Notes: generated from the sequence alone by a model not told the origin. Counted from the first letter of the stretch, positions 1-17,585 are shown. The stretch: DNA of 64,000 nt from Eledone cirrhosa (GCA_964016885.1 OZ024745.1:15190001-15254000); one strand, 5' to 3'. Translations and numbers: made by a program.

Positions 1-1232
1 AGTTTCACTTTCTCGGACGTTATATTTTACCTATGCCATAATATTACATATTAATATTTCAACACCAAACATAATTGCAAGGGAGAAAGATTTAAATCAT
101 ATTTACTCAACATATTCATCGACACAAGTGACAAAAGATAGGAAAGACAGACAGAAGTAACAAATCCTAGCAAAACAAAACAAAAACAAAAACAAAAACG
201 CGTAGGCACAACAATCTGTTAGGTGAAAATTAATGATACAACTATTCAAAGTCAAATAACTGAATCGAAACCCTTTTTAATTTTAATCAATTTATTAAAA
301 GTTAAATAAACATTATGGTACAGTCCATTTGGAACAAAGTTTAATTCACTAATGCCGACAGAAATTAAGATATTCCAATAAACGAGCGAATACATTCATC
401 GAGTATATATTTAATTTCTGTTATGACGACTGACGTTATCCAAAGTAAAGATTCCACTAAAAACTATGGTGGACAAAAAGGAACAGAAAGAAGTAAAACT
501 ATGGAGGACAAGAAGGAATATAAAGATATAATATATATATTCAATAAGGCAAAGATTAAGTGAAGAAAAAATGAAGTTCATTAACCGTAGATGTAGAAGA
601 CTAAAATTAAACTATTAGTTAGTCAAGGAGACAATAAGATACACTCCAACTAGGGGTGAATATAAAGATAGAAATATATAAGTTGACAAAGGATGAGTAT
701 AAAGATAGAGATATAATAATGGACAAGGGACTAAATTGGCTAAATAAGCTAAAAAAAACAGGAAACTAAAAAACAATAAACGGAAGAAAACTAATAATAA
801 TAATAATAAACTAAAAAAAAACAAAATGATAAGGAATCCAAACAGCTATTGAATACGAATACGCCCCAAACAATTGTGTTATACATATAACTAAACATCC
901 ACAGACATATACATATTCACAAAAAAAATATATATCTACAAATATACCCACAGATACAAAACCCTATACCCACAGAACCACTCACGTGCTAAACTTTCAC
1001 ACACCAACCAGCTCAAGAGAGTGTGTGTATCAATTCGCCAATGATGATGAAGTATCTACGTCCAGCTATAGAAGAGCCCATCCTGTATAGATACCATTAC
1101 TCACAGAAAAGAGTTGTTGGTATATTAAGAAACATAAAGAATATAAAAATAAAAAATATCTAAATATAAAAAATATAAAAAATATCTAGACAAGACGTCT
1201 AAACCAGAATAGTAAAGTGAGATTCTGAAAAA

Positions 1233-1919
<687 letters not shown>

Positions 1920-1978
1920 CAAGGCTCTGATGCCATCAACACTATAAACACAGAGCTGGCATATCTAAGAACTGACTA

Positions 1979-2036
1979 ACTGCCTGATGAGGACATAGCC
2001 ATTCAATGGCTATCATCGAAATATATATATAGCAGT
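1979..2036 (+). ncRNA. Type I hammerhead ribozyme, (UA)n stem III family
   Basis: ACTGC-CTGATGA-ggac atagcca ttcaa tggctat catc-GAAA-TATATATATA-GCAGT; stem I ACTGC/GCAGT, predicted AUA cleavage triplet. Confidence 0.75.
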
Positions 2037-2095
2037 AAATAAAGGATTATGAGTTCATGCAATTGACTTATGTTTCGTCACTATATATATATATA

Positions 2096-2140
<45 letters not shown>

Positions 2141-2149
2141 ATATATGTG

Positions 2150-2180
<31 letters not shown>

Positions 2181-2927
2181 GTTTATGTGTATGTGAGTAT
2201 GTGAGTGTATATATATATATATATATATATGTGTATATATATATATGTGTGTGTGTGTATATGTATGTATATTTGTATATATGTGTATATGTGTATATAT
2301 ATGTATATGTGTGTGCATGTGTATGTGTATGTGTGTATAATTTTAGTAAGTAAGTTAATTTTTATAATTTTCTTATTTTACGTCTCTCATTATTGTTCTG
2401 CATCCCCACACAGAGTTACTAAGACAAAACCTATATATTTGCTGGCATAGGTATGCATCTGTATATATATATTAGTAGATGTACTAATTCTTTATAATTA
2501 TCTCCAAATTATTTTGTCGAGCCAAAATTGGCCAAAGCTGCTGCTATAGTTCATAGTAACAGTTCGGCTGCTATAGTTCATAGTAACAGTTCGGCTGCTG
2601 TCTTCTTAACAAACCACTCTTCACTGATTGACCTCGATGTCACGTGATTGATTCTTTTGAATTTGCCACCGACGCAGTAGGCAGTGATTTTTTCAATGGC
2701 TTGGAACTTAGTCCACGCTTTGCTTTTTTCCATCCACTGAATTATTTTGGTATAAGTTCCCTGTGTCCACGTATTGCCTGGAAACTTAGCTGAGAATAGA
2801 CTTCCCTGATGACGAAAGGCTTCTCCGTAAGTTTCTTCGGAAACTATGTTTATTCCCTTTCAGAAACTAATTAGTTGGAGTGAAATTTTAGTAAGTGAGT
2901 TAATTTTTATAATTTTCTTATTTTACG

Positions 2928-3024
<97 letters not shown>

Positions 3025-3541
3025 AATACATAATCGGAGAAAGTTAATAGCGATACTCCGGTCAAATACCAAGTCACTCAACAAACATTAGGAAATACCT
3101 GAGTATATTCCTAATTAAACGTTCGGGGTGCTAACTCATTGTATTGTGTGGAAAATTGGCTGTATTATTTTATATGAGATATATCAAATATATCATTTCC
3201 CAGACGACTCGTTTCATTATAAGATTTCTACAAGTTGGGTGAAATTATACCAAGTTATGTAGAAGCTTGTATAAGATTAACAGATACTTATTCAAGTGGG
3301 CACTTATAATTCCTCAGTGGGTAACCTAATAATATTAATATTGATAACAAAATCAACATCAATATTTAGCGATAATCACCATCAGTGCTTGAAGGAGCTG
3401 CCAAGTTGTTAGTCAAGCAGTTCTAAAGAAAATCTCACACTGTCTCGAATATATATATATATATATATATATATAAGTAAGTGTGTATATGTGTATACGT
3501 ACATACATATATGTATACAGACGTACAGTAGCATGCATATG

Positions 3542-3657
<116 letters not shown>

Positions 3658-3830
3658 CAGGTACACATACATATATGCACGTATCAGTTTAGCGGACGCT
3701 TATTATAACGCCGCTTTGTTCGTTTGTAAACAAACTGAACAGCCTGAATTTTTTTATGCCGTACGGTGTTAAGGCAACCACGTCACCTTTTTTTTTTTTT
3801 TTTTTTTTTCGTTCAACACTGACACAGGAA

Positions 3831-3871
3831 CGATGTACTAGTTTCAAGCTTGTTAGCTATCATCAGCACCG
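3831..3871 (-). ncRNA. Minimal type I hammerhead ribozyme
   Basis: Minus strand CGGTG-CTGATGA-t AGCT aaca AGCT t-GAAA-C TA GTA-CATCG; palindromic ACTAGT stem III, GUA triplet. Confidence 0.85.
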
Positions 3872-4108
3872 TATACCCATCTGCCAGATAGTTGAACGTT
3901 CGAAAGTATATACTTTCCTTATGAAAATTAACGGCTGAGCAGCCTAATTTGCATATCGAGTGAGCTAAGTCGGTCAGGTATACCGAAAACGATAAGTTGA
4001 AATAAAATGAAAACGAAATTTCATTTCTCACTCTTAGTACGGCACTTACTTAAATGTAAGTATGTGTGTATACGTACATACATATATGTATACAGACGTA
4101 CAGTAGCA

Positions 4109-4152
<44 letters not shown>

Positions 4153-4309
4153 CAGGTACACATACATATATGCACGTATCAGTTTAGCGGACGCTTATTA
4201 TAACGCCGCTTTGCTCGTTTGTAAACAAACTGAACAGCCTGAATTGTTATGCGTACGGTGTTAAGGCAACCACGTCACCTTTTTTTTTTGTTCAACACTG
4301 ACACTGGAA

Positions 4310-4350
4310 CGATGTACTAGTTTCAAGCTTGTTAGCTATCATCAGCACCG
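4310..4350 (-). ncRNA. Minimal type I hammerhead ribozyme
   Basis: Identical to 3831-3871, offset by 479 nt. Confidence 0.85.
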
Positions 4351-4611
4351 TATACCCATCTGCCAGATAGTTGAACGTTCGAAAGTATATACTTTCCTTA
4401 TGAAAATTAACGGCTGAGCAGCCTAATTTGCATATCGAGTGAGCTAAGTCGGTCAGGCATACCGAAAACGATAAGTTGAAATAAAATGAAAACGAATTTC
4501 ATTTCTCACTCTTAGTACGGCACTTACTTAAATGTAAATGCAAATTAGGCTGCTCAGCCGTTATAATAAGCGTCCGCTAAACCTTTACGTGCATATATGT
4601 ATGTGTACCTG

Positions 4612-4691
<80 letters not shown>

Positions 4692-4803
4692 TGCTACTGT
4701 ACGTCTGTATACATATATGTATGTACGTATACACACATACTTACATTTAAGTAAGTGCCGTACTAAGAGTGAGAAATGAAATTTCGTTTTCATTTTATTT
4801 CAA

Positions 4804-4865
<62 letters not shown>

Positions 4866-4883
4866 AATATATATATATATATA

Positions 4884-5074
4884 GGAATAAGTATGACCCC
4901 CCCACGGCAGAGCTCAAGCCGTTTTGACGGCTAATTTAGTCCAGGAATACCCATCGAAACGGGTTGAGCTCTGCCGTCGGCTCATATATTTTTTCGTATT
5001 TCCCACTCTACTACCATAAGTATTGAGTACTCTGGTGCGTTATGGTCCATCTGGTTCCTTACCACAATTCCTTT

Positions 5075-5077
<3 letters not shown>
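4884..5077. repeat. Short interspersed foldback repeat with HHR-like 3' halves (also in triplication copies 2 and 3; reverse homologue at ~22120-22270)
   Basis: ACGGCAGAGCTCAA...TTGAGCTCTGCCGT inverted pair. The downstream part TTGAGTACTCTGGTGCGTTATGG matches ~22140-22175 in reverse. Confidence 0.7.
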
Positions 5078-5141
<64 letters not shown>

Positions 5142-5834
5142 ATATATATATATGTGTGTGTGTGTATATGTATGTATATTTGTATATATGTGTATATGTG
5201 TATATATATGTATATGTGTGTGCATGTGTATGTGTATGTGTGTATAATTTTAGTAAGTAAGTTAATTTTTATAATTTTCTTATTTTACGTCTCTCATTAT
5301 TGTTCTGCATCCCCACACAGAGTTACTAAGACAAAACCTATATATTTGCTGGCATAGGTATGCATCTGTATATATATATTAGTAGATGTACTAATTCTTT
5401 ATAATTATCTCCAAATTATTTTGTCGAGCCAAAATTGGCCAAAGCTGCTGCTATAGTTCATAGTAACAGTTCGGCTGCTATAGTTCATAGTAACAGTTCG
5501 GCTGCTGTCTTCTTAACAAACCACTCTTCACTGATTGACCTCGATGTCACGTGATTGATTCTTTTGAATTTGCCACCGACGCAGTAGGCAGTGATTTTTT
5601 CAATGGCTTGGAACTTAGTCCACGCTTTGCTTTTTTCCATCCACTGAATTATTTTGGTATAAGTTCCCTGTGTCCACGTATTGCCTGGAAACTTAGCTGA
5701 GAATAGACTTCCCTGATGACGAAAGGCTTCTCCGTAAGTTTCTTCGGAAACTATGTTTATTCCCTTTCAGAAACTAATTAGTTGGAGTGAAATTTTAGTA
5801 AGTGAGTTAATTTTTATAATTTTCTTATTTTACG

Positions 5835-5951
<117 letters not shown>

Positions 5952-6373
5952 AATACATAATCGGAGAAAGTTAATAGCGATACTCCGGTCAAATACCAAG
6001 TCACTCAACAAACATTAGGAAATACCTGAGTATATTCCTAATTAAACGTTCGGGGTGCTAACTCATTGTATTGTGTGGAAAATTGGCTGTATTATTTTAT
6101 ATGAGATATATCAAATATATCATTTCCCAGACGACTCGTTTCATTATAAGATTTCTACAAGTTGGGTGAAATTATACCAAGTTATGTAGAAGCTTGTATA
6201 AGATTAACAGATACTTATTCAAGTGGGCACTTATAATTCCTCAGTGGGTAACCTAATAATATTAATATTGATAACAAAATCAACATCAATATTTAGCGAT
6301 AATCACCATCAGTGCTTGAAGGAGCTGCCAAGTTGTTAGTCAAGCAGTTCTAAAGAAAATCTCACACTGTCTC

Positions 6374-6408
<35 letters not shown>

Positions 6409-6464
6409 TAAGTGTGTATATGTGTATACGTACATACATATATGTATACAGACGTACAGTAGCA

Positions 6465-6546
<82 letters not shown>

Positions 6547-6720
6547 CAGGTACACATACATATATGCACGTATCAGTTTAGCGGACGCTTATTATAACGC
6601 CGCTTTGTTCGTTTGTAAACAAACTGAACAGCCTGAATTTTTTTATGCCGTACGGTGTTAAGGCAACCACGTCACCTTTTTTTTTTTTTTTTTTTTTTTC
6701 GTTCAACACTGACACAGGAA

Positions 6721-6761
6721 CGATGTACTAGTTTCAAGCTTGTTAGCTATCATCAGCACCG
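6721..6761 (-). ncRNA. Minimal type I hammerhead ribozyme
   Basis: Identical to 3831-3871. Confidence 0.85.
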
Positions 6762-6998
6762 TATACCCATCTGCCAGATAGTTGAACGTTCGAAAGTATA
6801 TACTTTCCTTATGAAAATTAACGGCTGAGCAGCCTAATTTGCATATCGAGTGAGCTAAGTCGGTCAGGTATACCGAAAACGATAAGTTGAAATAAAATGA
6901 AAACGAAATTTCATTTCTCACTCTTAGTACGGCACTTACTTAAATGTAAGTATGTGTGTATACGTACATACATATATGTATACAGACGTACAGTAGCA

Positions 6999-7060
<62 letters not shown>

Positions 7061-7217
7061 CAGGTACACATACATATATGCACGTATCAGTTTAGCGGAC
7101 GCTTATTATAACGCCGCTTTGCTCGTTTGTAAACAAACTGAACAGCCTGAATTGTTATGCGTACGGTGTTAAGGCAACCACGTCACCTTTTTTTTTTGTT
7201 CAACACTGACACTGGAA

Positions 7218-7258
7218 CGATGTACTAGTTTCAAGCTTGTTAGCTATCATCAGCACCG
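7218..7258 (-). ncRNA. Minimal type I hammerhead ribozyme
   Basis: Identical to 3831-3871, 497 nt from its partner. Confidence 0.85.
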
Positions 7259-7519
7259 TATACCCATCTGCCAGATAGTTGAACGTTCGAAAGTATATAC
7301 TTTCCTTATGAAAATTAACGGCTGAGCAGCCTAATTTGCATATCGAGTGAGCTAAGTCGGTCAGGCATACCGAAAACGATAAGTTGAAATAAAATGAAAA
7401 CGAATTTCATTTCTCACTCTTAGTACGGCACTTACTTAAATGTAAATGCAAATTAGGCTGCTCAGCCGTTATAATAAGCGTCCGCTAAACCTTTACGTGC
7501 ATATATGTATGTGTACCTG

Positions 7520-7585
<66 letters not shown>

Positions 7586-7697
7586 TGCTACTGTACGTCT
7601 GTATACATATATGTATGTACGTATACACACATACTTACATTTAAGTAAGTGCCGTACTAAGAGTGAGAAATGAAATTTCGTTTTCATTTTATTTCAA

Positions 7698-7759
<62 letters not shown>

Positions 7760-7970
7760 AATATATATATATATATATAGGAATAAGTATGACCCCCCCA
7801 CGGCAGAGCTCAAGCCGTTTTGACGGCTAATTTAGTCCAGAAATACCCATCGAAACGGGTTGAGCTCTGCCGTCGGCTCATATATTTTTTCGTATTTCCC
7901 ACTCTACTACCATAAGTATTGAGTACTCTGGTGCGTTATGGTCCATCTGGTTCCTTACCACAATTCCTTT

Positions 7971-8053
<83 letters not shown>

Positions 8054-8734
8054 ATATATATATATATGTGTGTGTGGGTATATGTATGTATATTTGTATA
8101 TATGTGTATATGTGTATATATATGTATATGTGTGTGCATGTGTATGTGTATGTGTGTATAATTTTAGTAAGTAAGTTAATTTTTATAATTTTCTTATTTT
8201 ACGTCTCTCATTATTGTTCTGCATCCCCACACAGAGTTACTAAGACAAAACCTATATATTTGCTGGCATAGGTATGCATCTGTATATATATATTAGTAGA
8301 TGTACTAATTCTTTATAATTATCTCCAAATTATTTTGTCGAGCCAAAATTGGCCAAACTGCTGCTATAGTTCATAGTAACAGTTCGGCTGCTATAGTTCA
8401 TAGTAACAGTTCGGCTGCTGTCTTCTTAACAAACCACTCTTCACTGATTGACCTCGATGTCACGTGATTGATTCTTTTGAATTTGCCACCGACGCAGTAG
8501 GCAGTGATTTTTTCAATGGCTTGGAACTTAGTCCACGCTTTGCTTTTTTCCATCCACTGAATTATTTTGGTATAAGTTCCCTGTGTCCACGTATTGCCTG
8601 GAAACTTCCCTGTTGACGAAAGGCTTCTCCGTAAGTTTCTTCGGAAACTATGTTTATTCCCTTTCAGAAACTAATTAGTTGGAGTGAAATTTTAGTAAGT
8701 AAGTTAATTTTTATAATTTTCTTATTTTACGTCT

Positions 8735-8834
<100 letters not shown>

Positions 8835-9256
8835 AATACATAATCGGAGAAAGTTAATAGCGATACTCCGGTCAAATTCCAAGTCACTCAACAAACATTA
8901 GGAAATACCTGAGTATATTCCTAATTAAACGTTCGGGGTGCTAACTCATTGTATTGTGTGGAAAATTGGCTGTATTATTTTATATGAGATATATCAAATA
9001 TATCATTTCCCAGACGACTCGTTTCATTATAAGATTTCTACAAGTTGGGTGAAATTATACCAAGTTATGTAGAAGCTTGTATAAGATTAACAGATACTTA
9101 TTCAAGTGGGCACTTATAATTCCTCAGTGGGTAACCTAATAATATTAATATTGATAACAAAATCAACATCAATATTTAGCGATAATCACCATCAGTGCTT
9201 GAAGGAGCTGCCAAGTTGTTAGTCAAGCAGTTCTAAAGAAAATCTCACACTGTCTC

Positions 9257-9343
<87 letters not shown>

Positions 9344-9405
9344 TATGTGTGTATATGTGTATACGTACATACATATATGTATACAGACATACAGTAGCAT
9401 GCATA

Positions 9406-9473
<68 letters not shown>

Positions 9474-9650
9474 CATACAGGTACACATACATATATGCAC
9501 GTATCAGTTTAGCGGACGCTTATCATAACGCCGCTTTGTTCGTTTGTAAACAAACTGAACAGCCTGAATTTTTTTATGCCGTACGGTGTTAAGGCAACCA
9601 CGTCACCTTTTTTTTTTTTTTTTTTTTTTTGTTCAACACTGACACAGGAA

Positions 9651-9691
9651 CGATGTACTAGTTTCAAGCTTGTTAGCTATCATCAGCACCG
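9651..9691 (-). ncRNA. Minimal type I hammerhead ribozyme
   Basis: Identical to 3831-3871. Confidence 0.85.
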
Positions 9692-9928
9692 TATACCCAT
9701 CTGCCAGATAGTTGAACGTTCGAAAGTATATACTTTCCTTATGAAAATTAACGGCTGAGCAGCCTAATTTGCATATCGAGTGAGCTAAGTCGGTCAGGTA
9801 TACCGAAAACGATAAGTTGAAATAAAATGAAAACGAAATTTCATTTCTCACTCTTAGTACGGCACTTACTTAAATGTAAGTATGTGTGTATACGTACATA
9901 CATATATGTATACAGACGTACAGTAGCA

Positions 9929-10030
<102 letters not shown>

Positions 10031-10186
10031 CAGGTACACATACATATATGCACGTATCAGTTTAGCGGACGCTTATTATAACGCCGCTTTGCTCGTTTGT
10101 AAACAAACTGAACAGCCTGAATTGTTATGCGTACGGTGTTAAGGCAACCACGTCACCTTTTTTTTTGTTCAACACTGACACTGGAA

Positions 10187-10227
10187 CGATGTACTAGTTT
10201 CAAGCTTGTTAGCTATCATCAGCACCG
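10187..10227 (-). ncRNA. Minimal type I hammerhead ribozyme
   Basis: Identical to 3831-3871, 536 nt from its partner. Confidence 0.85.
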
Positions 10228-10488
10228 TATACCCATCTGCCAGATAGTTGAACGTTCGAAAGTATATACTTTCCTTATGAAAATTAACGGCTGAGCAGCC
10301 TAATTTGCATATCGAGTGAGCTAAGTCGGTCAGGCATACCGAAAACGATAAGTTGAAATAAAATGAAAACGAATTTCATTTCTCACTCTTAGTACGGCAC
10401 TTACTTAAATGTAAATGCAAATTAGGCTGCTCAGCCGTTATAATAAGCGTCCGCTAAACCTTTACGTGCATATATGTATGTGTACCTG

Positions 10489-10534
<46 letters not shown>

Positions 10535-10645
10535 TGCTACTGTACATCTGTATACATATATGTATTACGTATACACACATACTTACATTTAAGTGAGTGC
10601 CGTACTAAGAGTGAGAAATGAAATTTCGTTTTCATTTTATTTCAA

Positions 10646-10681
<36 letters not shown>

Positions 10682-10885
10682 AATATATATATATATATAT
10701 ATATAGGAATAAGTATGACCCCCCACGGCAGAGCTCAAGCCGTTTTGACGGCTAATTTAGTCCAGAAATACCCATCGAAACGGGTTGAGCTCTGCCGTCG
10801 GCTCATATATTTCCCACTCTACTACCATAAGTATTGAGTACTCTGGTCCGTTATGGTCCATCTGGTTCCTTACCACAATTCCTTT

Positions 10886-10963
<78 letters not shown>

Positions 10964-11239
10964 CATACATATACACACATAAACACATACATACACATAT
11001 ATACACATAGTCAAAAAAATATAAAAAAATATAAAGAAAAAAAAAATATATATATATATATGTATATATATATGTATATATATATTTTTTTTTCTTTATA
11101 TTTTTTTAATATTTTTTTGTCTATGTGTATATATGTGTCTATATGTGTTTATGTGTGTATATGTATGTATGTGTGTGTGTATATATTTTTGTATATGTAT
11201 ATGTATGTGTGTGTTTGTATGTATGTGTGTATGTATGCT

Positions 11240-11525
11240 CACCAGTTGGTGCTATTGGTAACATGTATCCCAGTACAACCTGTCTCATGGTCGGGCCGTT
11301 GGCGACTAAACTGGCAAACCCACCAAGGTTTCTTGGTGAGGAGGGTGACTTTGGACATCCTGCAGGACTAAAAACAAAACCTATCAAAGGGCAAAGGAGC
11401 TCTTAAGAGTCAATGGCCATCCAAAATCACAGCGAGAGATGAACCCTTAGCCTTTGTCAAGGCAGAATTCTAGGAGAAGGAAAACTCTGATATAACACCT
11501 GCAACCCTGATGGTATCCAATGATG
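11240..11525 (+). mobile_element. Probable RTE-clade LINE 5' UTR fragment
   Basis: Contains TCTAGGAGAAGGAAAACTCTGA, a motif I recall from RTE 5' regions. 11268-11425 is homologous to 53808-53965. Confidence 0.5.
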
Positions 11526-11529
11526 TTGA

Positions 11530-11837
11530 CTTGTTCTTCTTTTTGGTAAATATCATCTTGGTTAAGAGAGTGGGACTGGCTTTGTGCCGTGCCTTTGCTC
11601 ACTATAAAAGCTTCACGGCACAGGCATTGCTTTATATCTGGAGATCTCTCTGCACATGTCATCACATCGTACCATGGGCCCAGCACTGTGTGTCAATAAT
11701 TGTCACAAGTGTAGTGTTTGTACCAGAATTATCAAGTCGCTGGCTGGACTAAAAAGTCACACTCGTTCAGCGCATCGGTAGGGGTTCTACATGGATATAA
11801 AGTAGTGACCGTACTCGAAAACGAGTTGGCAGCCATC
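11530..11837. repeat. Unclassified ~305 bp interspersed repeat; second copy at 57243-57553
   Basis: Near-identical TTGTTCTTCTTTTTGGTAAAT...GAGTTGGCAGCCA in both places; microsatellite follows both copies. Confidence 0.85.
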
Positions 11838-11864
11838 ATATATGTGTATATATATATACATGTG

Positions 11865-11957
<93 letters not shown>

Positions 11958-12040
11958 GTATATATATATACACATATATATATGTATGTGTGTGTATGTG
12001 TGTATATATGTGTGTGTATGTATATATGTATGTGTATATG

Positions 12041-12112
<72 letters not shown>

Positions 12113-12114
12113 TG

Positions 12115-12181
<67 letters not shown>

Positions 12182-12648
12182 ATATATTGGTAAACGGAAT
12201 AGAAAATGGTGACAAATTGTTCACAGTAAAAAATAGTTTAATTAGGAATAAATGAGAATTAGTAATTGTATTGGTTAGTATTCAGTTTTGGTTTTAAGTT
12301 TTACCGGTTGCGCATTTCTAAATTCTTTTCAAAAATAATTTTGAGATAGAGCGTCCGTGATGTTTGCTCTGATCTGATTAGTTTTGGGAATTCTACCTGT
12401 TTTTATGTTTAAAAAATGGCTCCAGCGCTATTAAAATTGGTTTTTGCGCCAATTCGTGTTGCAAAAATTCTTGTGGTCAAAACAATTTTGATTGGTCGGT
12501 AGAGGTCATGTGAATGTAAAAAATTGATTTTGCGCCAAGACTGAGAAATGACTCTTTCACAACAAATATATATATATAGACTTTGCAAAAATGAGGACAC
12601 ACACACACATAGACAACAACAGTTTTCTATATATATATATATATATTA

Positions 12649-13120
12649 TTATGGTGGTCCTGTGACAGGGTAACTGTTCGCCTTATGGTCTTTTCGAAGG
12701 CCATATAATGCTGGCACGTCATTGGTCAAGGCCTGGAAGTTGTTGGCAGTCCGTTTATTGGGCTGCATTATGTTTGTCCACATCATCATATGAGCGTTGA
12801 GGGTTTTCTCCTTATCCTCATGATCTTGTGGTGTTACTTCTCTTGTGTTAGTGATGTGGGGTTGTATTGCCTGGATGTAGTTTGACAGACTGTCAACCGA
12901 CATTCTGCCAGACTTGTCTGTTGGAATGCATGCAATCTATCCATAACGTGAGCGCTGAAGAGGTCACAGAATATGTGATGAAAGAACTTTGACAATATAT
13001 GAACAACCATCCGGTTGTGGAACCAATCAACCAACCGGAAATTTATAATAAATTGAAGTAAAAGCAACTGGTGCTTGTGCTTCTTATTGGCAACATGACC
13101 CTCCCAAAGTATAACAATAG
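12649..13120. mobile_element. PLE remnant: RT N-terminal fragment (minus, 12649-12950) joined to an oppositely oriented pseudo-LTR with a partial HHR (plus, 12955-13120)
   Basis: VPALYGLRKDHK..GPP is a PLE RT N-terminal motif. 12955-13118 matches 18558-18697 and the reverse of 17609-17807. Confidence 0.7.
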
Positions 13121-13287
13121 CGGTTTCAACACACGTTTTTCAGATAAAGAATCTTGCTAAACAAATTCAGAAAAGAAATATATATATATGTATATATATA
13201 CATACACACATATACAAACACATATACACATATATAGATATACACATATACACATATATAAATATACACATAAAAATATATGTATAT

Positions 13288-13378
<91 letters not shown>

Positions 13379-13404
13379 CATACATACACATATATATATA
13401 TATG

Positions 13405-13443
<39 letters not shown>

Positions 13444-13492
13444 GTATCTGTGTATATATATATGTATCTGTGTATATATATTATATATATAT

Positions 13493-15122
<1,630 letters not shown>

Positions 15123-15416
15123 CATTGTAGTTCGCTTTAACCCGTCTTTTATAATTCAAGAATCTTCTTGCCAATTAGCATTAACCCTTTGTGCGCCATT
15201 TATCTAACTGTAGACCAACAAATACCAAGTAAACGGAGCGTTGACAAGAACGATGGCGAATGAATCTTCGAGGTAAGCAGTTTCCTCCCGAGATGTTAGT
15301 TCACGCGGGATTCTCTGCTACACCTTTTCATAATAATACCGAACAACGTACTGCTGGTCACTCCTTCCTCCAAAAGCCGTACAAAGCATCTCTCTCTTTC
15401 TCTGTATATATATATG

Positions 15417-15526
<110 letters not shown>

Positions 15527-15569
15527 TAGATATAGATAGGTAAATACACGGGTGTATATGATTGTGTAT

Positions 15570-17585
15570 AGAAGATTATATTAATAAGAGGAATTCCAAC
15601 TTTGTCTGATTTACTCGTTTTATTTACAATCCTTTAAAATATATAATGGTATTATAATGAAATAGTATGATAGAATATTAAATTCTAAGTGTTAATTGAA
15701 CAAGTACTTTCATGCTTTCGCAATCTTCAGGTTCATAATATGTGGTGACAGTCGAGTTTGCAATTTTCAACTGTAATGAGATGGGTAAATTTCCTACCTT
15801 TTATACATTTTATACAGAGAAAAGTGGCTCCAGAATGCTAAGCCCTGTAAACTGTATTTCGACCAATCAGTGTGTAGTTTCACTGAATTACTAAAGCTGA
15901 TTGGTTTAAGCGTCACGGCTGGTTGTGCATGCTAACGACCAATGATCATATCCAAAGCATCAATTGTTTTGCTATTTTTAGAAATGATGAAAATAGCATC
16001 TTCTATTAATCATCACCATCAACATCACTTTTATTATTATTATTATTATTGTTGTTGTTGTTGTTGTTGTTGTTGTTAGTGGTCGTGGTCATAGTGGTAG
16101 TAGAAGTAATGCCCCTAAGCGTTATTATTGTTCGTTTAGCTTGGGTTTGAATTTATCAATAAAATTCTTTTCTTTGATTTTTCTCTTGATTTCACTTGGG
16201 CTGTGTAATTTGTAGAATGGGAATATTGTAAATATTCCCTGACCACATGTTGCCAGGTGGCCGCTTAGGGGTATCTGACAGACATTTGGGTCTCTGATTT
16301 GTTGACGGTGTACCCGTGCACGTTCCGATAGTGCATTTCCAGTTTGACCGACATATAGTTCTTCACAATTCGGACATTTAATGCAGTAAATTAGATTTCT
16401 GCTTTTGCAGTTCATATTTGCATTTGGGAATATTTTTCCAGTTTTTGTTTTCATATATTGACCGGCGTGTATGGATTGACATGTGCCGCATCGACTATCA
16501 TTGCATTTAGATACAGTGAATGATTGGTCTTTGTTGTTAAGGTCAAACTTTGCTTTTGTTAGTAATTGCTTCAAATTTTTTGGCTGTCTTTTACTAAGTG
16601 TCAAAGATCGATCTGTGATTAAGCCTTTTAATTCATTACTTTGAGCAATGATCGGTAGGTTTGCTTTGGCAGTGTTGAAGATATTCTGGTGACATGGGTT
16701 GTGTGTCATTATAAATGGTATGACCAGTTCTTGGTTTCTTCTTCCTTGGGTTGTTCTAAGTTGTTGTATAGGTATTTTTATAGCCCGCTGTATGCCATTT
16801 TATATAAGTAGAGATGAGTATTTTTGTTTGAGCAAAAATTCTCTTAGTTCTGTTAGGCGTTTGTACCTGGTATTCGTATCTTCTACAATGGTACAAATTC
16901 TTCTGGCTAGGCAGTATGGGATGTTGCGTTTTGTATGAGGTGGATGGCACGACTTAAAATTCAGATATTGATGGGTGTCTGTGTGTTTATAATATATATC
17001 CGTGGTAATGGTGGTGTCGTTTTTGATTATCATTATATCTAGGAATGGTAATTTGGTCCTACTCATCTCTTTTATGAATTGGAGAGATGGGTGTAGGTTA
17101 TTCAGGAGGATATTGAACTCATCCAGAGTATCTACAGATTCTGTCCAGATGATGAAACAGTCGTCAAGGTATCTCTTCAAAGATTTTTCTACGTACTTTC
17201 TAAAGTCAGTACTATATTTTTCCTCTATTTCTTGGTAGAGTTGTTGTTTTAAGTATCCCATTACAGAGTCGCGTAAACGGGAGCAAACTTCGTTCCCATC
17301 GCTGTGCCTCTAATTTGGATGTAATTCTTTCCATTGAAGAAGAAAGTGTTGTTTTCCAGAATAAGTTTAACTGCGTCTAATATAAATGGCGCTGTGAATC
17401 TAATGGGAATCACTTCTCTATGTTTTTCCACCCAGTATTTAACCGCCTTTATTCCTAAATCATGTGTAATGTTGGTGTAAAGGCTTACCACATCAAAACT
17501 GAGTAGAAGTGAATTCGTTTCCGTGGTTTTGGGAAGATGGGACAGGAAGTCGATATCATCCCGGATGAAACTGGGTATGTGAATA
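15570..17585 (-). mobile_element. Neptune-like PLE, 5'-truncated and frameshifted (RT plus GIY-YIG)
   Basis: SFDVVSLYTNI, GTAMGTKFAPVYATL, RYLDDCF, LPFLD, YYKHTDTHQYL..SCHP, linker CNDSRCGTC, NLIYCIKCPNC..YVGQT..RARVH. Stop at 16125; truncation at (TA)n near 17586. Confidence 0.9.
15697..15735 (-). ncRNA. Minimal type I hammerhead in the 3' pseudo-LTR of the Neptune-like PLE
   Basis: Minus strand TGAAC-CTGAAGA-t TGC gaaa GCA t-GAAA-G TA CTT-GTTCA; palindromic AAGTACTT stem III; same strand as the ORF. Confidence 0.8.

Noticed and set aside
2795-2860. CTGATGA..GAAAC motif in the triplicated unit (also ~5714; mutated to CTGTTGA at ~8610)
   Set aside because: Stem II forms but stem I does not close next to the core, so it is not called an HHR.
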